Assembly: GCF_018350175.1 (NCBI RefSeq)
Contig: NC_058383.1
Coordinates: forward strand, 5,830,001 to 5,894,000
Reading direction: 5' to 3'
Length of the DNA: 64,000 bases
From: Felis catus
Lineage: Eukaryota
Numbering within the stretch: the stretch's first letter is position 1; every line of letters begins with the position of its first letter. Made by a program: the position numbers and the translations under genes. Of this stretch, positions 24,028-35,689 are shown in pieces. Under the pieces are notes generated by a model. The model made no database searches. It had not been told where the DNA came from and worked only from the letters and a program-made list of their open reading frames with translations.

Positions 24028-25639
24028 CCGAGTTGATTTTAATGTGTAGTTTTGGCTTGTGTCGGGGAATCAACTCTTGGCTTATTTAATGACTGTCTAC
24101 CTCTAGGGCTCACCAGTGTTACCTCTTAAACATCTCTCCTCACTTGCTGCCACCACATGGTCAGCTCTGTCCTCCCAACTGAGGACACTCTCTCTCCTTG
24201 GAGCCAGGCTCTGTGCACCAACCAGTGGGGGTCTTTTCAAGACGCAGGTCTGGTGGTGACTGTGCCTTGTTTGAGACCACATCGCAGCTTCCCAGGGATG
24301 GGAACACATTTCTCTCAGAATACAACATGATCCTGCCAGATCCGCCTCCCGCCTCACCTCACTCCCTCATTCCCAGTGTCCAGTCTTCCTTCTGTTCTTT
24401 TAGTGGTTGGATTCAGCCAGAAAATGCTTTGTTTGGTTCCTGCATGATGTACCACACGGTTTTATTATTTTTTAAACACTGGAATGAACTGTCAACATTA
24501 AACACATAACAAATCTGCGAAAACATTAGCAGGCTGGCATTCCCTGCTGTGGCCGCGTGAGCATGAGCCGGGGACTGCCCCTTTAAGCCAGGGCAGGTGG
24601 CCTGCCACCCCCCCCCCCCCCCCCCCCGCACCCCACCCCACCCCACCCCTGCTTTCTTGCACCTGTTCATCTCCACTCACCTTTGCTAAATTCACATTTG
24701 TTCCTCCTTGAGATTTCATCTGAAAGGGGGGATCTCTGCATCTCCCACCCTTGGCACCCTAGCACAGGGACCTCACCCAGGCAGGGTGGATCTTCCTGCT
24801 ATGAGTGAGCCACGGGGCCATGCCCTCTGTCCTTTGGCACTTGTCCTTGTGAAACTGTTCTGCCAGGGCTCCAGATCCAGCCATGAGAACACAAAGCCAT
24901 TTCAGTTTCCTGGGAGACAGGGGTAGAGGACTCACAAAAAGGAGGAAAGCTAATATCAGTTTTGATGCACAAAATAGGATTTTTAAGTATGCAGCCAGAT
25001 TAGGAAGCCAGGTTTGGTCAAGAGAAGTAAAGGTTCTTGAAATTACTTTAGTTCCCCCTTTAGTAGCTCAAGAAGCACTGAATTGGAGGGGATCTGTCTC
25101 TTTGAGCCCAGCGGCTCGTGCAGTAAGAGGGACATGGAGACAGGGACACTGAGCCTGTATCATAAACACCTCTCCCCAGGCAGGGGGTGCCCATGGGTGA
25201 GGCATTACATAGGGGCCTCTGTTACACCTCCTTTTTAGGAGTCTGGGTGGGGGCGGGGGCAGGTGGCCTCTCAGCCTGCCTTCCCCACCTGGTAGGAAGA
25301 GGGAAGCCCTGAGTCAGTCCACTTCCTCCAAGTGCCCTTGTTTCCATGTGAGGTGGGCAGGACCGGAAGTACCCACATTCCTGGGAGAGCGAGGAGGTGT
25401 GTGGGCTTCTGGCTTGATTTGGAGTTGGGACCTTTGGGCAGAGACTTGCGGGCTCCATATCAAAGGGCTGTAGGGCTAACCTCCTGGGCCCTGGTGGGGG
25501 ATGGGGCATAGCACCCCTCCCAGAGGCAAGAAAGGTCAGAGCCATCTTTGGATCTGACCAAGTCCCAGGAGCGCAGACTCCAACAGCCTTCACTCGGCCA
25601 TAGACCTTAACAAGAGGCAGGTCTGCACATGAACACTGG

Positions 25640-26040
25640 GGGCCGGACCAACTTTGTGGGTATGTGGCTTGTGCAGTTCATGGGTCTGTACCCAGAAGGG
25701 CCCGCACTTGGCTTAATGTGCCCTGTCACCATCTTGAAATTCTTTTTTTTTTTTTTAAGTTTATTCATTTTTGAGAGAGAGACAGAGAGACAGAGAGACA
25801 GAGAGCAGGGGAAGGGCAGAGAGAGGGAGACACAGAATCCGAAGCAGGCTCCAGGCTCTGAGCTGTCAGCACAGAGCCCGACGCGGGGCTGGAACACACA
25901 AACTGCGAGATCATGACCTGAGCCGAAGTCGCTTAACTGACTGAGCCACCCAGGCGCCCCGAAATTCTTAACAATTTTTGCACAAAGCACCGCACGTTTT
26001 CCTTGGGCACGGAGGCCTGCAGGTTGTATATAGCCAGTTC
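25640..26040. mobile_element. MER45A-like hAT-Tip100 DNA transposon split by SINEC
   Basis: TGTGCAGT..CAGAAGGGCCC..CTTGG.TTAATG..GTCACCATCTTGAAATTCTT|AACAATTTTTG..TAGCCAGT. Confidence 0.75.
25746..25960 (-). mobile_element. SINEC inside MER45A
   Basis: Reverse SINEC; TSD GAAATTCTT at 25737-25745 and 25961-25969. Confidence 0.95.
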
Positions 26041-26508
26041 TTCTCAGGAGGCACCAGCCACGTGTTCATCCAAGCACAAGGGCCCCTTTGCCCTAGTGTC
26101 ATGAGGTCACAAAACCAACCACATCCACATGGGCTGGAACACCATCTCAAGGGGGCTGGGGGTCCTCTTGGGGACCTGAGGGCAGAGAAACCCTGAAGGG
26201 AACAAAAAGACCACTAGATTATGAAAGGGCACGCTGTGTTTACTGGATGGCACTAAATTTTATTTTCTTCTCTCCCCTCCCCTTCCTCCAGCTACAAATG
26301 GGGTGTAGGCCTGGGGGGAAGATCGAATTATTTTATAGATATCATCTGTAGAGGAATAAAGAGACCACACTACGCACATCTGCACGCAGTGTGAATCTGT
26401 GTGATCCTGCCACAAATGGATGAGGTGTCTCTCTTTCTCATCCAGTTAGCAAGACTGAGAAGAAAGCAATGATAGCCTGATCTTAGAGGAATAAAAGTAG
26501 CAGTGCTT

Positions 26509-26563
26509 AAAAGAAAGGAAGAAAGGAAGGAAGGAAGGAAGGAAGGAAGGAAGGAAGGAAGGA

Positions 26564-26607
<44 letters not shown>

Positions 26608-26608
26608 A
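26509..26608. repeat. (GGAA)n(GAAA)n compound tetranucleotide microsatellite
   Basis: About 100 bp pure purine tract. Confidence 0.95.
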
Positions 26609-27689
26609 ATTGAAAAGAAGATGTAACGTTGCCTCTGGACTTGCGTGCCTCTGACCTGGGTGCTCTCTGGGGTGGGAAAAGTGCACCGAACAGCTGGTTG
26701 CCTAGTAACGACTGACATCCCCCCCACAGTGAGTTGGAAGAGGGGATGACGGTGAGGGAGGTTTTGTTCTGTTTTAGGGACAGAGCATCTGATCAGGAAA
26801 GGAAGCCCCACACAACTTCCTGTGGGTAGGGGAGTCCCGGACCCAAGAACAGAGAATGTTCCAGCCAGGGCAGGAAGGAAGGACGCACCATTAGTCGCAA
26901 CGGCTCCATTTGCCGGAACGCCTTCTTATCCTAAGTCTCAGAGAGTGTGCAGAAGACAAAGCTATTCATGAGAGGGAGGAACAGACTTTCCCTGAGAAGA
27001 GGAGCAGAAACCAAGGGTTAGCAAAGAAGAGATGAATCCTAGGAGAATCAGTCTAGGAGAGAGGGCACCCCATTAGTCCCAGAGTTACTTCTTTACATCT
27101 TGCTCCGTATTCCCTTTCCTCAAGCAATGGACAGAGGGATTTTAATGACAAAGAGCAGTTTTCACAGAAAAAGTTAGAGGCTCCAAGGGGCCACTGCAGG
27201 GGTCCTCTGGTCCTCCCCTTGCCTCTGCACGGAACCCTCTCATAAGGATCCCAGACAGAAAGCCGCACTGCTTTAAGGTTCTTCAGAGATGCTGCTGCTG
27301 TCATCTCCCTTGAAGCCCATTCTCGTGTCTGCAAAGTACCCTTCATGTCGTACCTAAACGGCTGCTGTTGTAACATTTCCTCTTGTTTGAGGCTCACAAG
27401 AGAGAGGGTAACACCAGACCCCGGCTGCGGTGGACCACCCTATGCTGGGGTGGGGGAGGGGGCGGCGGTGTGAAGCTTGCGTGAACCAGAGAAGGGACAG
27501 TAATATTCCTAGCCACCCGGAGACGGTGGGAAGGACCCTGCTCCTGCTGAGAGTGCAGGCATCGGACGGCCGTGCGTCATCTTGCTCCAGAGACCCAGCG
27601 AGAAGAGACATCCTACAGAGCCCAGCCTATCACACAGACCCCTGTGGCGTGGAGGAAGCCTGCCCGCTTTCTCCTAGACTCTAGTCTGG

Positions 27690-27882
27690 ACTGCCAAGGT
27701 CTGAAGCTCTTTTTAGCAACGTGCCTTACCTTCCCCGAGCCTCAGTCTTACCATCTGTAGAGTGGGGTATGAGGATACTTACCTCACACGGTCGTCATCA
27801 ACACGAAATGGGATCGTGGACAGCACACTTAACATCATGCCTGGCACCTGTCAAGAACTTGGACAGCGTTAACTACGATTAT
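27690..27882. mobile_element. MIR
   Basis: GAGCCTCAGTCTT.CCATCTGTA..GTGGGG.AT...ACCTCAC...GCACTTAAC...GCCTGGCAC. Confidence 0.75.
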
Positions 27883-27949
27883 TTTCTGGGAGAGATGACA
27901 TATGCCACATGAACAGACAAGCCCCCCACCCCCACCCCGCCATGGACCT

Positions 27950-28400
27950 GTTTCTCCAGTTGGTCACCACTACATACATGGGGATATTTAATTAAAAATT
28001 TTTTTTAACATTTATTTATTATATAAATATATAATATTCTCTGTCTGAGAGACAGAGACAGAGCATGAGTCGGGGAGGGACAGAGAGAGAGGGAGACACA
28101 GAATCTGAAGCAGGCTCCAGGCTCTGAGCTGTCAACACAGAGCCTGATGTGGGGCTCGAACTCACAAACCTCAAGATCACGACTTGAGCCGAAGTTGGAC
28201 GCCCAACTGACTGAGCCACCCAGGCGCCCCAAGAGCTATTTAATTTTAACTTAAAGTTAAATAAGATTAAAAATGCATATACCAACTGCATGGGCCACAT
28301 TTCAAGTGCTCAGCGGCCACCCATGGCCGGTGGCTACCTATTGGACAGTGCAGACAGAGAATATGTCTCTCACTGCAGAATGTGGTACCAGACGGCATGG
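27950..28400. mobile_element. MER3-like hAT-Charlie element split by SINEC
   Basis: GCCACATTTCAAGTGCTCAG..GCCAC....GGCC.GTGGCTACC.ATTGGACAGTGCAG. Confidence 0.78.
27998..28230 (-). mobile_element. SINEC
   Basis: Reverse SINEC ending CTGAGCCACCCAGGCGCCCC. Confidence 0.94.
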
Positions 28401-28576
28401 CCTTAGACCAGTGAGTGCAGGCAGGTCCCTAAAAGGAACAGAAGGAGGGCAGGCAACTTTTGAGGGAGGGAAGGTTGGGGTCCACAGCAGGGGTCCCCCT
28501 GGGCAGTGAGTAGGAGGCAACGCGCGGGCGGGAACTGGGTGCATGAGCCAGTGGGGCCACAGCAGCAGTGACCGCA

Positions 28577-28774
28577 GGGGTGCCTGGGTGGCTCAGTCTG
28601 TTGAGCTTACGACTTCGGCTCAGATCATGATCTCAAGGTTCGTGAGTTCGAGCCGTGCATCGGGCTCGCTGTCGTCAGCGCAGAGCCCGCTTCAGATCTT
28701 CTGTTCCCCCATCTCTCTGTCCCTCCCCCTGCTCCCAATCATGCTCTCTCTCAAAAAAAAGAAAGAAAAAAAAA
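28577..28774 (+). mobile_element. SINEC
   Basis: Head, A-tail; TSD AGTGACCGCAG. Confidence 0.93.
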
Positions 28775-30688
28775 TGGAGTGACCGCAGAGGGTCTGAGGA
28801 CTCACCGCCCCTCCCCTCCAGCTGAGCTGGCAGCCTGAGGGAACCCATGATATTGGCTCCAGTCTCCACCCTACTCAGGCATTCCATGGATGTGGCAGTC
28901 AGGGGGTCTCTGATGAGCCAGGGGACATCTCCGATGCCTCCCCGGATGACCGCAGTGGTGGCACCTTGAACTTCCTCTGTGGCGCAGTGAGAGCAGGCAG
29001 TTTCATCTTGTCCTTATGTGTGTCCTTCCTAAGTGTTAAGTGATCGGTGATACATCGAAGCCCTGATTGTTTCTGAAGGGCTCTTTTACGAGATCTCCAA
29101 TAAAGTTCTAAATGATCATGCCTGTTTGGGGAAAGATAATGCCAGAGTGGGGCCAGGAGTTTGTCAGAAGAAATTCCAGCCGGTGAGCGTTTAGGGAGCG
29201 AGATGAAGTCAGCGCTTGGAGACCATGAATTAGATGGCTGAATATGTCACCGTAATAATGAAGAATAATAAATGACTGAGAAGCTGCTGTAACTCACAGG
29301 GCAGGAGTGGAGACTGGCAAGGGAAATTTATGCCCTTGTAGTGCTGGGGTAAGAGAACATGTCAGACGTGCCTCGGTCTTTGGAATAGAAACCTTCTAGA
29401 AGAGATGCTCCTCTGAAAAAAAGCCTCTTGTCAAAAGAATGCCTGCCTCTGTTTCTGTGAGAGAAGGGGCTCTGGCTGTAACAGACCATCTGTCCATCCA
29501 GCCCACTCCATCCCCACCCGACTCCCTGCACCCCACAAGCTCCCACCAGCTGTGAGGAGACTGTGAGGAAGTCTGTGAGGGCAGCTGTGGAGACAGGCCC
29601 CACCCTCATAGGGCGTCTTTCCAACCCCCTTCTCTGTAAACGGGCAGCAGGACCCATGATCAGGGGCGCCGAGGCCGTGGCCAGGGTGGGACAAGCTACC
29701 AGCAGGAAGAGCATGCTGGGAAAGCATTTCGCAGGTGCGGGGAGTCTGCTATTTTTATTAGGGAACAGGGGTTACTTTCTCAACATCCATTCAGAGCAAT
29801 CACTAGAGAAGACAGGAGTCAGAAATAAAACGGGCCTCAGGTCTGTGGATCAATGTCGATCTGTAATCATTTATTCATGGTCTTCAGGGAAGTCACCGGC
29901 ACAGCCTGTGTGGGAAGGCGCCCAACGGGACATGTGCAACCTGGCCCGCCCTCCCGGACCCTTCCCACCAGCCTGCAAATGTGCATGAGTCTTACATAAC
30001 CTGCCTTGACCTCCCCTCTCCTCCCAGCGCGGCTCTGTTCCTGGGCCCTGGGTCAGTGCCCAGACGCTCAGTCCGCTCTGTGCACCTGTTGAATGCATCC
30101 CCTCCATGCACGCCACCCACTGGCCTGCTGGCCCGCTGGCAGAGTCAGCTCGGGGCTCTGGGTGGGTCTGATGGGTGTGCCAGTCTGCTCCCTGGGCTCT
30201 GGCCAGCATCCAGGATGCACGGACAGCCTTACCTCCTTTCTGAACAGTCTTTCTCTTCCTTCTTGTCTTCCGTGACCTCACCTTCCCCTGGGTCTGTGAT
30301 CCGTAACCATGTCTTAAATTATAAAGGTGACTGAGTGACAATGTGCAGAGGATAATGTCATTGAAAGAAAAGTTTAATGTTACAGTTCTCCTGGAAATGA
30401 GAGGCACACATCCAGGCAGGCCAGGTGGGCAGGCGCCAGAGTCAGGAGGCAGAGGCCAGAGGGAGTGGGCAACAGAAGCCAGAGGGAGGGGAGAGCAGAG
30501 GCCGAATCCTTTCTTGGGTTTCCCTGGAGAAAGTCAGGGCAGGCAAACAGCCAGGACTCGTTGGTTTGAATAGTCCGGGGGGGGGGGGGGGCTCTGAGCT
30601 ACAGGGTGGTCTCTGTCTGGTACTGGGCCCTGGGGGATTTAGGGAAGAGGAAAGATGGGCTTGGTGACTTATTAGCCACTTTCCCTCC

Positions 30689-31287
30689 TGTATTAATTAG
30701 TTTGTTAGGGCTGCTGTGACAAAAAATGACAGACTGGGCGGCTTAAGCAACAAATATGTATCTTGTTACGGTTCTGGAGGCTGAAAGTCCAAGATGAAGG
30801 CATCTGCAGTGTTGATTCTTGGTGAGAGCTCTCCTTCTGGCTCCTTGTCACATCCACACCTGGCCTCTTCTCTGCTCACAGAGAGCCACAGAGGTAGAGA
30901 CAGAGTGACAGACAGAATGAGTGCTCTGGTGTCTCTTCCTTTTCTTAGAAGGACATCAGTCCTATTCGAGCGGGGTCCACCCTTAGGAACCCCCTAAAGG
31001 CCCAGTCTCCAAATATAGCCCCTCTGTGCGTTAGGACCGCAACATAAGAATTCTGTGGGCAGGGGCCCCCTGGGTGGCTCAGTCAGTTAAGTGTCCGACT
31101 CTTGGTTTCAGCTCAGGTCATGATCTCGCAGTTTGTGAGTTCCAGCCCCCAGTCGGGGTCTCTGCTGACAATGAGGAACCTGCTTGGGATTCTCTCTCTG
31201 CCTCTCTCTTTCTCTGCCCCTCCCCTGCTCACTCTTACTCTAAATAAATAAATAGAATTTTGTGGGGACACAGTTCAATCTAAAACA
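30689..31287 (-). mobile_element. MLT1A-type LTR split by SINEC
   Basis: TGTATT..TTAGGGCTGCTGTGACAAA..AGACTGGGCGGCTTAA..TTCTGGAGGCTG..GTCCAAGATGAAGG; ends GGGGACACAGTTCAATC. Confidence 0.85.
31062..31253 (+). mobile_element. SINEC inside MLT1A
   Basis: Head at 31062; TSD AGAATTYTGTGGG. Confidence 0.93.
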
Positions 31288-32144
31288 CCTGCCCTGCCTC
31301 TCGCAGTGCTTCCGGGGTCTGGGGGTCACCTCCCAGAGAAACTACTTGCCTCAAATCCTTATCTCGGGTCTGCTCTAGACTGGCGCATTCCGGTGCCTCT
31401 CGGGCTGTCCTCTCCAGACCACAGGCTCTGTGACCAAAATGGCAAGACTGTCCTTTTATCTCTCCTGCCAAGGTCTCGCTCCTGGTTTCCCTCGGGGGCT
31501 GGATTCCGCTGCTGTATTCCTGGCTTCTTTGTTGCTACCATAGAGGATTCAGACAATTCCAGCTGGCAGTTGTGCCCAGGGGGTGGGAAGCCACCTTTGG
31601 GGCCAGTCGATGGACTCCCATCTCAGGCCAGATGAGGCCAGTGGGGACCCAGGGGAGTCGAGGCCACTCTGCTGCCCATGCCTGGAGGGCAGAGGTCTGT
31701 GCCGTGGCTGGGGTGAAGCCTGTCCTGGCGGTCCTTCTGTGCCCTGGCCTGGCCTGGCCCAGTCTGCGAGAGAAGGGAGGCATCCTTCTCCCCTGGGGCT
31801 CCAGGAACCTAGAGTGGGTGAGGCTTCTCAGGGCTGTGGCTGCTCCTTCATTACTGATGAAGCGCTAGGCTGCCCTCTCTTGAGTGGCTCTCCTCCAGAG
31901 GTAAATTCCAAACTGGTTTCAGAGCTGCAGGGACCAGTGCTGTGGCTGCCTAGACAGTAGTGGTTGGGGAGGAGGCAGATTTCAGTTAAGTGCCTGCAAG
32001 TCCCACCCCCGCCCCGACCACTCAAATCCCCCCCTGGCCTGCCTGGTCCTCCACGTCCCCACTTTGAGGGTGGGTGTTAAGGCTGACGTAAAATGCCAGC
32101 CTGGTGTTTGCGCACAGCACGGGATGGGAAGGAGGCGCAAGGGG

Positions 32145-32345
32145 CTAGTGCTGGTGACTATCCGCCAGCCACTGGCCACATGCAGCTGTTTAGGTGAAAA
32201 TTAAATAAAAGTCAAAATTCAGGTCCTCAGTTGCATGAGCCACATTCAAGTCCTCAATAGCCATGGCACCAGTGGTTACAGTATTGGGCGAAGCAGATGT
32301 GGCACATTTCCATCATCAGTAGTGAGTTTTATTGGCCAGTGCATT
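32145..32345. mobile_element. MER3-like element
   Basis: AGCCACTGGCCACATG..AAAATTCAG.TCCTCAGTTGCA..AGCCACATT.CAAGT.CTCAATAGCCA. Confidence 0.75.
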
Positions 32346-32432
32346 CAGCCCTGATGGGCCCTTATGGGTGAGCACTTGGGGTTCCCAGCTTTTGTGGAAC
32401 GCAAGCGTCCTCTGTTAAAAATGTAGCTTCCT

Positions 32433-32645
32433 GGGGCGTTCGGGTGGCTCAGTTGGTTAAGCTGCCGACTTCGGCTTGGGTCATGAGCTCACGGTCTGTG
32501 GGTTCAAGCCCCACGTCGAGCTCTGTGCTGACAACTCGGAGCCTGGAGCCTGTTTCAGACTCTGTGTCTCCCTCTCTCTCTGCCCCTCCCCCACTAACAC
32601 TCTGTCTCTGTCTCTCAAAAATAAATAAATGTCAAGAAAAATTTA
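32433..32645 (+). mobile_element. SINEC
   Basis: Head and tail; TSD AAAAATGKAGCT. Confidence 0.94.
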
Positions 32646-32939
32646 AAAATGGAGCTCTCTGGAGCAAGCAGCATCTAGCCCCACGCTCTGAGTGCCTATG
32701 GCCTCTCCATCCAGCCTCTCCCCACTTGGGCTTTGCCCCTGGCCCAGTGCTGGTCCTTCCTGGGCTCCCAACGTAAGGTTTACCAGCCACCCTCAGTCCT
32801 ACCAGGGGAGATGGCAGGAGAGTGAGGGTGGGTGCTTTATGCGGCCTGGGGATGGTGCCACCCTGGGGCTGTGCCTGGAGCAGGACATGTATGTCCTGGA
32901 AGGACAGGCAGAGGCCAGAGGAAATCAGTATATTCAACC

Positions 32940-33290
32940 CTTAGGAGCTAAACTGTGTCCCCCGCCAAAGTCATCTGTCGGCAGTCCTAACCGCTAATAC
33001 ATCAGACTGCGACGGCATTTGGGGTCTGGAGAATACATAGCTGCCTGGGTCCCACCCACAGGGGCTCTGATTCCACAGAGTTGCATTGGGCCCAGGAATA
33101 TATATTTTTAAGAAGTCACCAAATTAATTTTTAAAAACGTTTCATTTTGAATTCATTTGAAACTCATAGGAACGCTGCAGAAATAGTACAGAGAGTTCCA
33201 ATATACCCTCACCTGCCCGGCCCCCGCCCCCTCCCCCCCCACTGTAGTTCGCATCTTACATAATCGTCGTACAGTGGTGAAAACTCGGGA
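32940..33290. mobile_element. Mosaic of short old fragments (MLT1 5' end, MER5-like, L1M)
   Basis: TGTGTCCCCCGCCAAA (MLT1); CTGGGTCCCACCC..TCTGATTC..GGGCCCAGGAAT (MER5); AATAGTACAGAGAGTTCC (L1M). Confidence 0.55.
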
Positions 33291-33314
33291 CTAGCCTGGC
33301 TTCGAAGTCACCGG

Positions 33315-33435
33315 CTGTGTGTGCACGTGCATGTGCGTGTGTCTGTGTGCACGCTCGTAGGCATCTCTGTGTGTCCGTGTTTGTGTGCGTGTGTCTGTGG
33401 GCATAAGCGTCCGTGTCGGGGTGCGGGTGTGCGTC
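33315..33435. repeat. Degenerate (TG/CG)n tract
   Basis: Interrupted GTGTGC repeats. Confidence 0.8.
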
Positions 33436-33799
33436 CAGTCAGGGAGGTGATGGGCAGTCGGACCAGCGGGGCCTGAGGCTTTAGGGCTGCTGTTAATGCA
33501 GGGGAGCCCCCAGAGAAAATCCACAAGTCTTTGCTTCCAAGTGAATATTGGCTGTAATAACAAAAGGCTAACGTTAAAGACGCTTAAAAACAAGATGCTA
33601 GTAAAATACCACACATCATGGAAAGTAGGGGAGGCACAAAAGGATGTGTAAGGTGCACTGAAGCCCTGTGATTCAGGGCGGCCTTTCATGATACAGGAGA
33701 TCCCTGCTAAAAAATGTAAGAGCAACTGCTAAAATCCTAGAAATGGAGTATCTCTAGCTCCCGAAACAGTAGAGGGGGAAAAAGTGTAAGGACTGTAGC

Positions 33800-33990
33800 C
33801 CACGTTTACAGAGAGCTCTCCGTGAGCAGGCCCTGCTCTGAGGTCCCCCTCGGATCTTCCGCGTCGGAATTCTTTGTCATCTCCATTTCACAGATGGGGA
33901 AGCAGAGGCACGGAGAAACGGAGCCTTCCCTGGGACCAGAGGGAGGCCCAGGCAGAGGCTAAGAAACAGTATGAAAACCACAAACATACA
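33800..33990. mobile_element. MIR fragment
   Basis: CTCCATTTCACAGATGGGGAAGCAGAGGCACGGAGA. Confidence 0.65.
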
Positions 33991-34645
33991 GGGCCAGGTC
34001 CGATCTCCAGGTTCCATCTGCCTGCTGCACAGAAGGGAGCCGGGGCTCTGAGCGGCATGGCTGAGGTCATGTCAAGGGGGAGGGTGGGCGGGGCTGGGGG
34101 CCTGGTATAGCCCCCAGCCCACTGCCCCGGAGAGGCAGTGGCGAAGGAGTAAAAATATAGGACTGTTGGTGTCCTTAATAATAGAAGAGACAAGTCCCTG
34201 CTCACGACAAACATCAGCTCACAAATCACAGAAAGTGAAACAGCACACACGCCAGGTGCTGCCACCAGAGCCGAGCACTGGGCTGCACCTGGGACATCTG
34301 CCTCTCCCCAGCTCACCCGGACAGCCACTCTGGGCACATTGGTTTCGAGATTCGTGTCAGCGATATTTCCTTCTCCACTACAAGAAACAAATCTAAAGCT
34401 TTTTTTTGAGGGTAGGTCTGAGAGGGACATGTGTGCAGAAACAATATTTATTTGTTTCACAAACAAGCATGTTTCCTGTGTCACAGTGGAACAGCTCAGG
34501 TGTCTCTGGGCAAGTAGTTCATCATTTCCGATTGGAAGCATAACATATATTTATCATAAAAGCTTGGAGAATACAGAAAAGAACGAGAAGAAAATGAAAA
34601 GTCGCCCATAATTTGGAGACTACAACGGTCAGTACTTCTGTTTTA

Positions 34646-34880
34646 TTTTTTATTTATTTGAAAAAAAATTTTTTTTTCAACGTTTATTTATTTTTGGGAC
34701 AGAGAGAGACAGAGCATGAACGGGGGAGGGGCAGAGAGAGAGGGAGACACAGAATCGGAAACAGGCTCCAGGCTCTGAGCCATCAGCCCAGAGCCTGACG
34801 CGGGGCTCGAACCCACCGACCGCGAGATCGTGACCTGGCTGAAGTCGGACGCTTAACCGACTGCGCCACCCAGGCGCCCC
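34646..34880 (-). mobile_element. Young SINEC_Fc-like SINE
   Basis: CpG-rich, little decay (ACCGACCGCGAGATCGTGACCTGGCTGAAGTCGGACGC); TSD AGYACTTCTGTTTTA. Confidence 0.95.
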
Positions 34881-35095
34881 AGCACTTCTGTTTTAAAACT
34901 TGTGAATGGGCAATATTTATCATATATATTATGTGGATGTAGAATATATGTGTTATATGTATTCAGGGATACATACAACTGGGGAAATAGCAGAGGAATG
35001 ATTCACGCAAATGAAGGATAGAGATTAACTTGGAGGGTTGGGAGGGGGCTGTGATGGGGGACACACAGGAACTCAAATGAACAGCCATATATATT

Positions 35096-35543
35096 TTTTC
35101 AAAATGTTTATTTATTTATTTATTAAAAAAAATTTTTTTTTTCAACGTTTATTTATTTTTGGGACAGAGAGAGACAGAGCATGAATGGGCGAGGGGCAGA
35201 GAGAGAGGGAGACACAGAATTGGAAACAGGCTCCAGGCTCTGAGCCATCAGCCCAGAGCCCGACGCGGGGCTCGAACTCACGGACCGCGAGATCGTGACC
35301 TGGCTGAAGTCGGATGCTTAACCGACTGCGCCACCCAGGCGCCCCCAAAATGTTTATTTTTAAGAGAGAGACAAAAAGAGAGAGGGAGAGCGTGAACCGG
35401 TGAGGGGCAGAGAGGAAGAAAGAGAGAATCCCAAGCAGGTTCCGTGCTGTCAGCACAGGGCTCGAACTCACGATTCATGAGATCATCACCTGAGCTGAGA
35501 TCAAGAATCTGTTGCTTCACCAACTGAGCCATCCAGGCGCTCC
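35096..35543 (-). mobile_element. Older SINEC (outer element of nested pair)
   Basis: Body 35347-35543, tail remnant ~35096-35113; AGCCAT on both flanks. Confidence 0.88.
35114..35345 (-). mobile_element. Young SINEC_Fc-like SINE nested in the tail of an older SINE
   Basis: Very similar to 34646-34880; TSD CAAAATGTTTATTT at 35100-35113 and 35346-35359. Confidence 0.93.
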
Positions 35544-35689
35544 GAGCCATCTTTTTATTTTAAGCTGGGTGCTGGGTACTTGGGTGTGTATTGTTCTTTA
35601 AACTATATGTAAAGGTTATATACACCTTTTGGTATATGATATAGTTTATAGTTGAAGCGTTCTGTTTTTCTGGCATCCTTTTCTCACTT

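Larger units (their letters stand above)
34960..35650 (+). mobile_element. Old L1M 3'UTR fragment hosting nested SINEs
   Basis: AAGCTGGGTGCTGGGTAC.TGGGTGT..ATT..TCTTTAAACT. Confidence 0.55.

Noticed and set aside
33888..34541. 217-aa minus-strand ORF
   Set aside because: Runs into a MIR and has no domain similarity that I can recognise
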